This document shows, piece after piece, positions 63,264-64,000 of a stretch of 64,000 nt of DNA. The stretch covers positions 2,307 to 66,306 of the IMG/VR virus record IMGVR_UViG_3300017917_002280. One strand, written 5' to 3'. This DNA is from a virus. Below the pieces are notes generated by a model. That model was given only the letters and a program-made list of their open reading frames with translations, did no database searches and was not told the origin of the DNA. The position numbers and the translations under genes were made by a program. How positions within the stretch are numbered: position 1 is the stretch's first letter; the number at the start of each line of letters is the position of its first letter.

Positions 63264-63384
63264 ATAAAGGGGAAACTCGCATCCGCTACGGCGGGTGCGG
63301 GGCGCCCCGCCCAGAGGCGGGGCATTACTTACGATTGTCAGACCCTCATGGTATGTTCTACCTACAACAACGAAAGGACTCCCC

Positions 63385-63531
63385 ATGTACAAGGCAATCG
63401 CTGAGGAGAACTGCGGTCTCTGTCACGGCACAGGCACTTGGTTCTTTTCCATTGGTGAGAATGACTACGGCAAGGACATTTGCGAATGTGTACAGTTGGT
63501 CAGGGTTTCATTCATCACTATTCACGAGTAG
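63385..63531 (+). CDS. Zinc-binding microprotein (48 aa)
   Basis: CGLCHGTG...CEC with RBS and promoter. Confidence 0.7.
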   Translation: MYKAIAEENCGLCHGTGTWFFSIGENDYGKDICECVQLVRVSFITIHE

Positions 63532-63659
63532 GCCCCGCCGAAAGGGGGCGCCCCGCCGATCTTAGCCATTTACGGCCAATTACTTTATGACCCGGAAACT
63601 TCCAGATTCTGCGGCGTGTCGTTCAGGCGATGTCAGACCCCTGTGCTAAGGTTCTGCCT

Positions 63660-63941
63660 ATGAACGCGCTCACAGCCCTCAAATCCCATTCCACCTCTAT
63701 CCCTGACCACATCGCTGATACCTATGCTGAAATGGAGTACGCTATGCTCAATGCCAACCTTGTCGCCGTCACCCTCGCGTGTGACTTCTGCCCGAACACT
63801 TGGGAGATTGACGCGCCTGCCGACTACAAGCCCGCGCCCGATGCCGAGTTGATGTGCGAGGCTTGCGCTGACGAGTGGCAGTGGTTTGATGCGTCCGAGG
63901 ACTCCTACCTTGATTCCTACTGGGAGTCTATGTACGAGTAA
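63660..63941 (+). CDS. Acidic zinc-binding protein (93 aa), leaderless
   Basis: ATG lies 7 nt after TAAGGT. CDFC...CEAC...EDSYLDSYWESMYE. Confidence 0.7.
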   Translation: MNALTALKSHSTSIPDHIADTYAEMEYAMLNANLVAVTLACDFCPNTWEIDAPADYKPAPDAELMCEACADEWQWFDASEDSYLDSYWESMYE

Positions 63942-64000
63942 TCTCTGCGTGGGGGCTTGACAAAGCCCCCACAAGGGGGCGCCCCGCCCAAAGGCGGGGC

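Larger units (their letters stand above)
60298..63271. repeat. Eight CCCTT-N7-AAGGG palindromes, three pairs spaced exactly 37 bp
   Basis: Copies start at 60298/60335, 60485, 61306/61343, 62075/62112 and 63255. Confidence 0.85.
59584..63652 (+). promoter_or_regulatory. Eleven copies of promoter TGTC(AG/GT)-N10-TA-N3-T (PafBC/RecA-NDp-like)
   Basis: Copies start at 59584, 59799, 60559, 60858, 61473, 61693, 62236, 62426, 62707, 63336 and 63631. Each precedes a GAAAGG RBS plus ATG, or a leaderless ATG. Confidence 0.85.

Noticed and set aside
59584-63652. Repeated TGTCAGACCC motif as a CRISPR array, given the Cas4-like gene
   Set aside because: Intervals are about 190-760 bp, irregular, and contain ORFs with RBSs. 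The repeats are degenerate and end in a -10 box. Solo Cas4-like nucleases are common in phage replication modules.
60558-63941. ORF-track starts such as MSDP.../MSYP.../MSGG... suggesting a repeated N-terminal peptide
   Set aside because: These come from translating the promoter motif (ATGTCAGACCC). The real starts follow the GAAAGG RBS or lie at the leaderless position.
59944-63974. Minus-strand ORFs in the array
   Set aside because: They are antisense to plus-strand genes that have promoters and RBSs, and some run across regulatory repeats.
59460-64000. tRNA genes or LexA (CGAAC-N4-GTTCG) boxes among the GC hairpins
   Set aside because: No cloverleaf or T-loop and no SOS box were found by eye. 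A tRNAscan run would confirm.

Overview
This window is a segment of a large lytic tailed phage genome with siphovirus-type morphogenesis genes, probably infecting an Actinobacterium. The organisation resembles Streptomyces cluster BE/BK-like and freshwater actinophages (inference, no search run). Bases 1-57.9 kb are an AT-rich, almost entirely minus-strand core. It encodes terminase, resolvases, a Cas4-like nuclease, RecA, DnaE, SSB, primase, DnaB, tail fibre and minor tail genes, a 2752-aa tape measure protein (TMP), major tail, head-tail, capsid, protease/scaffold, portal, class II RNR and holins. An 89-bp A/T-only tract marks the strand switch, followed by thyX and an HslV-like protease. 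From about 59.56 kb the sequence becomes GC-richer and forms an array of 19 microprotein genes in small cassettes. The cassettes are driven by 11 copies of an exactly spaced TGTC(AG/GT)-N10-TA-N3-T promoter, which matches the actinobacterial PafBC/RecA-NDp DNA-damage promoter. Between blocks lie CRP-consensus boxes, fixed-position GACAC (WhiA-like) boxes, paired CCCTT-N7-AAGGG palindromes 37 bp apart, and GGGGCGCCCC palindromes. The TMP carries an internal ADP-ribosyltransferase-like domain between repeated linker motifs. All functional calls come from motif recognition by eye.
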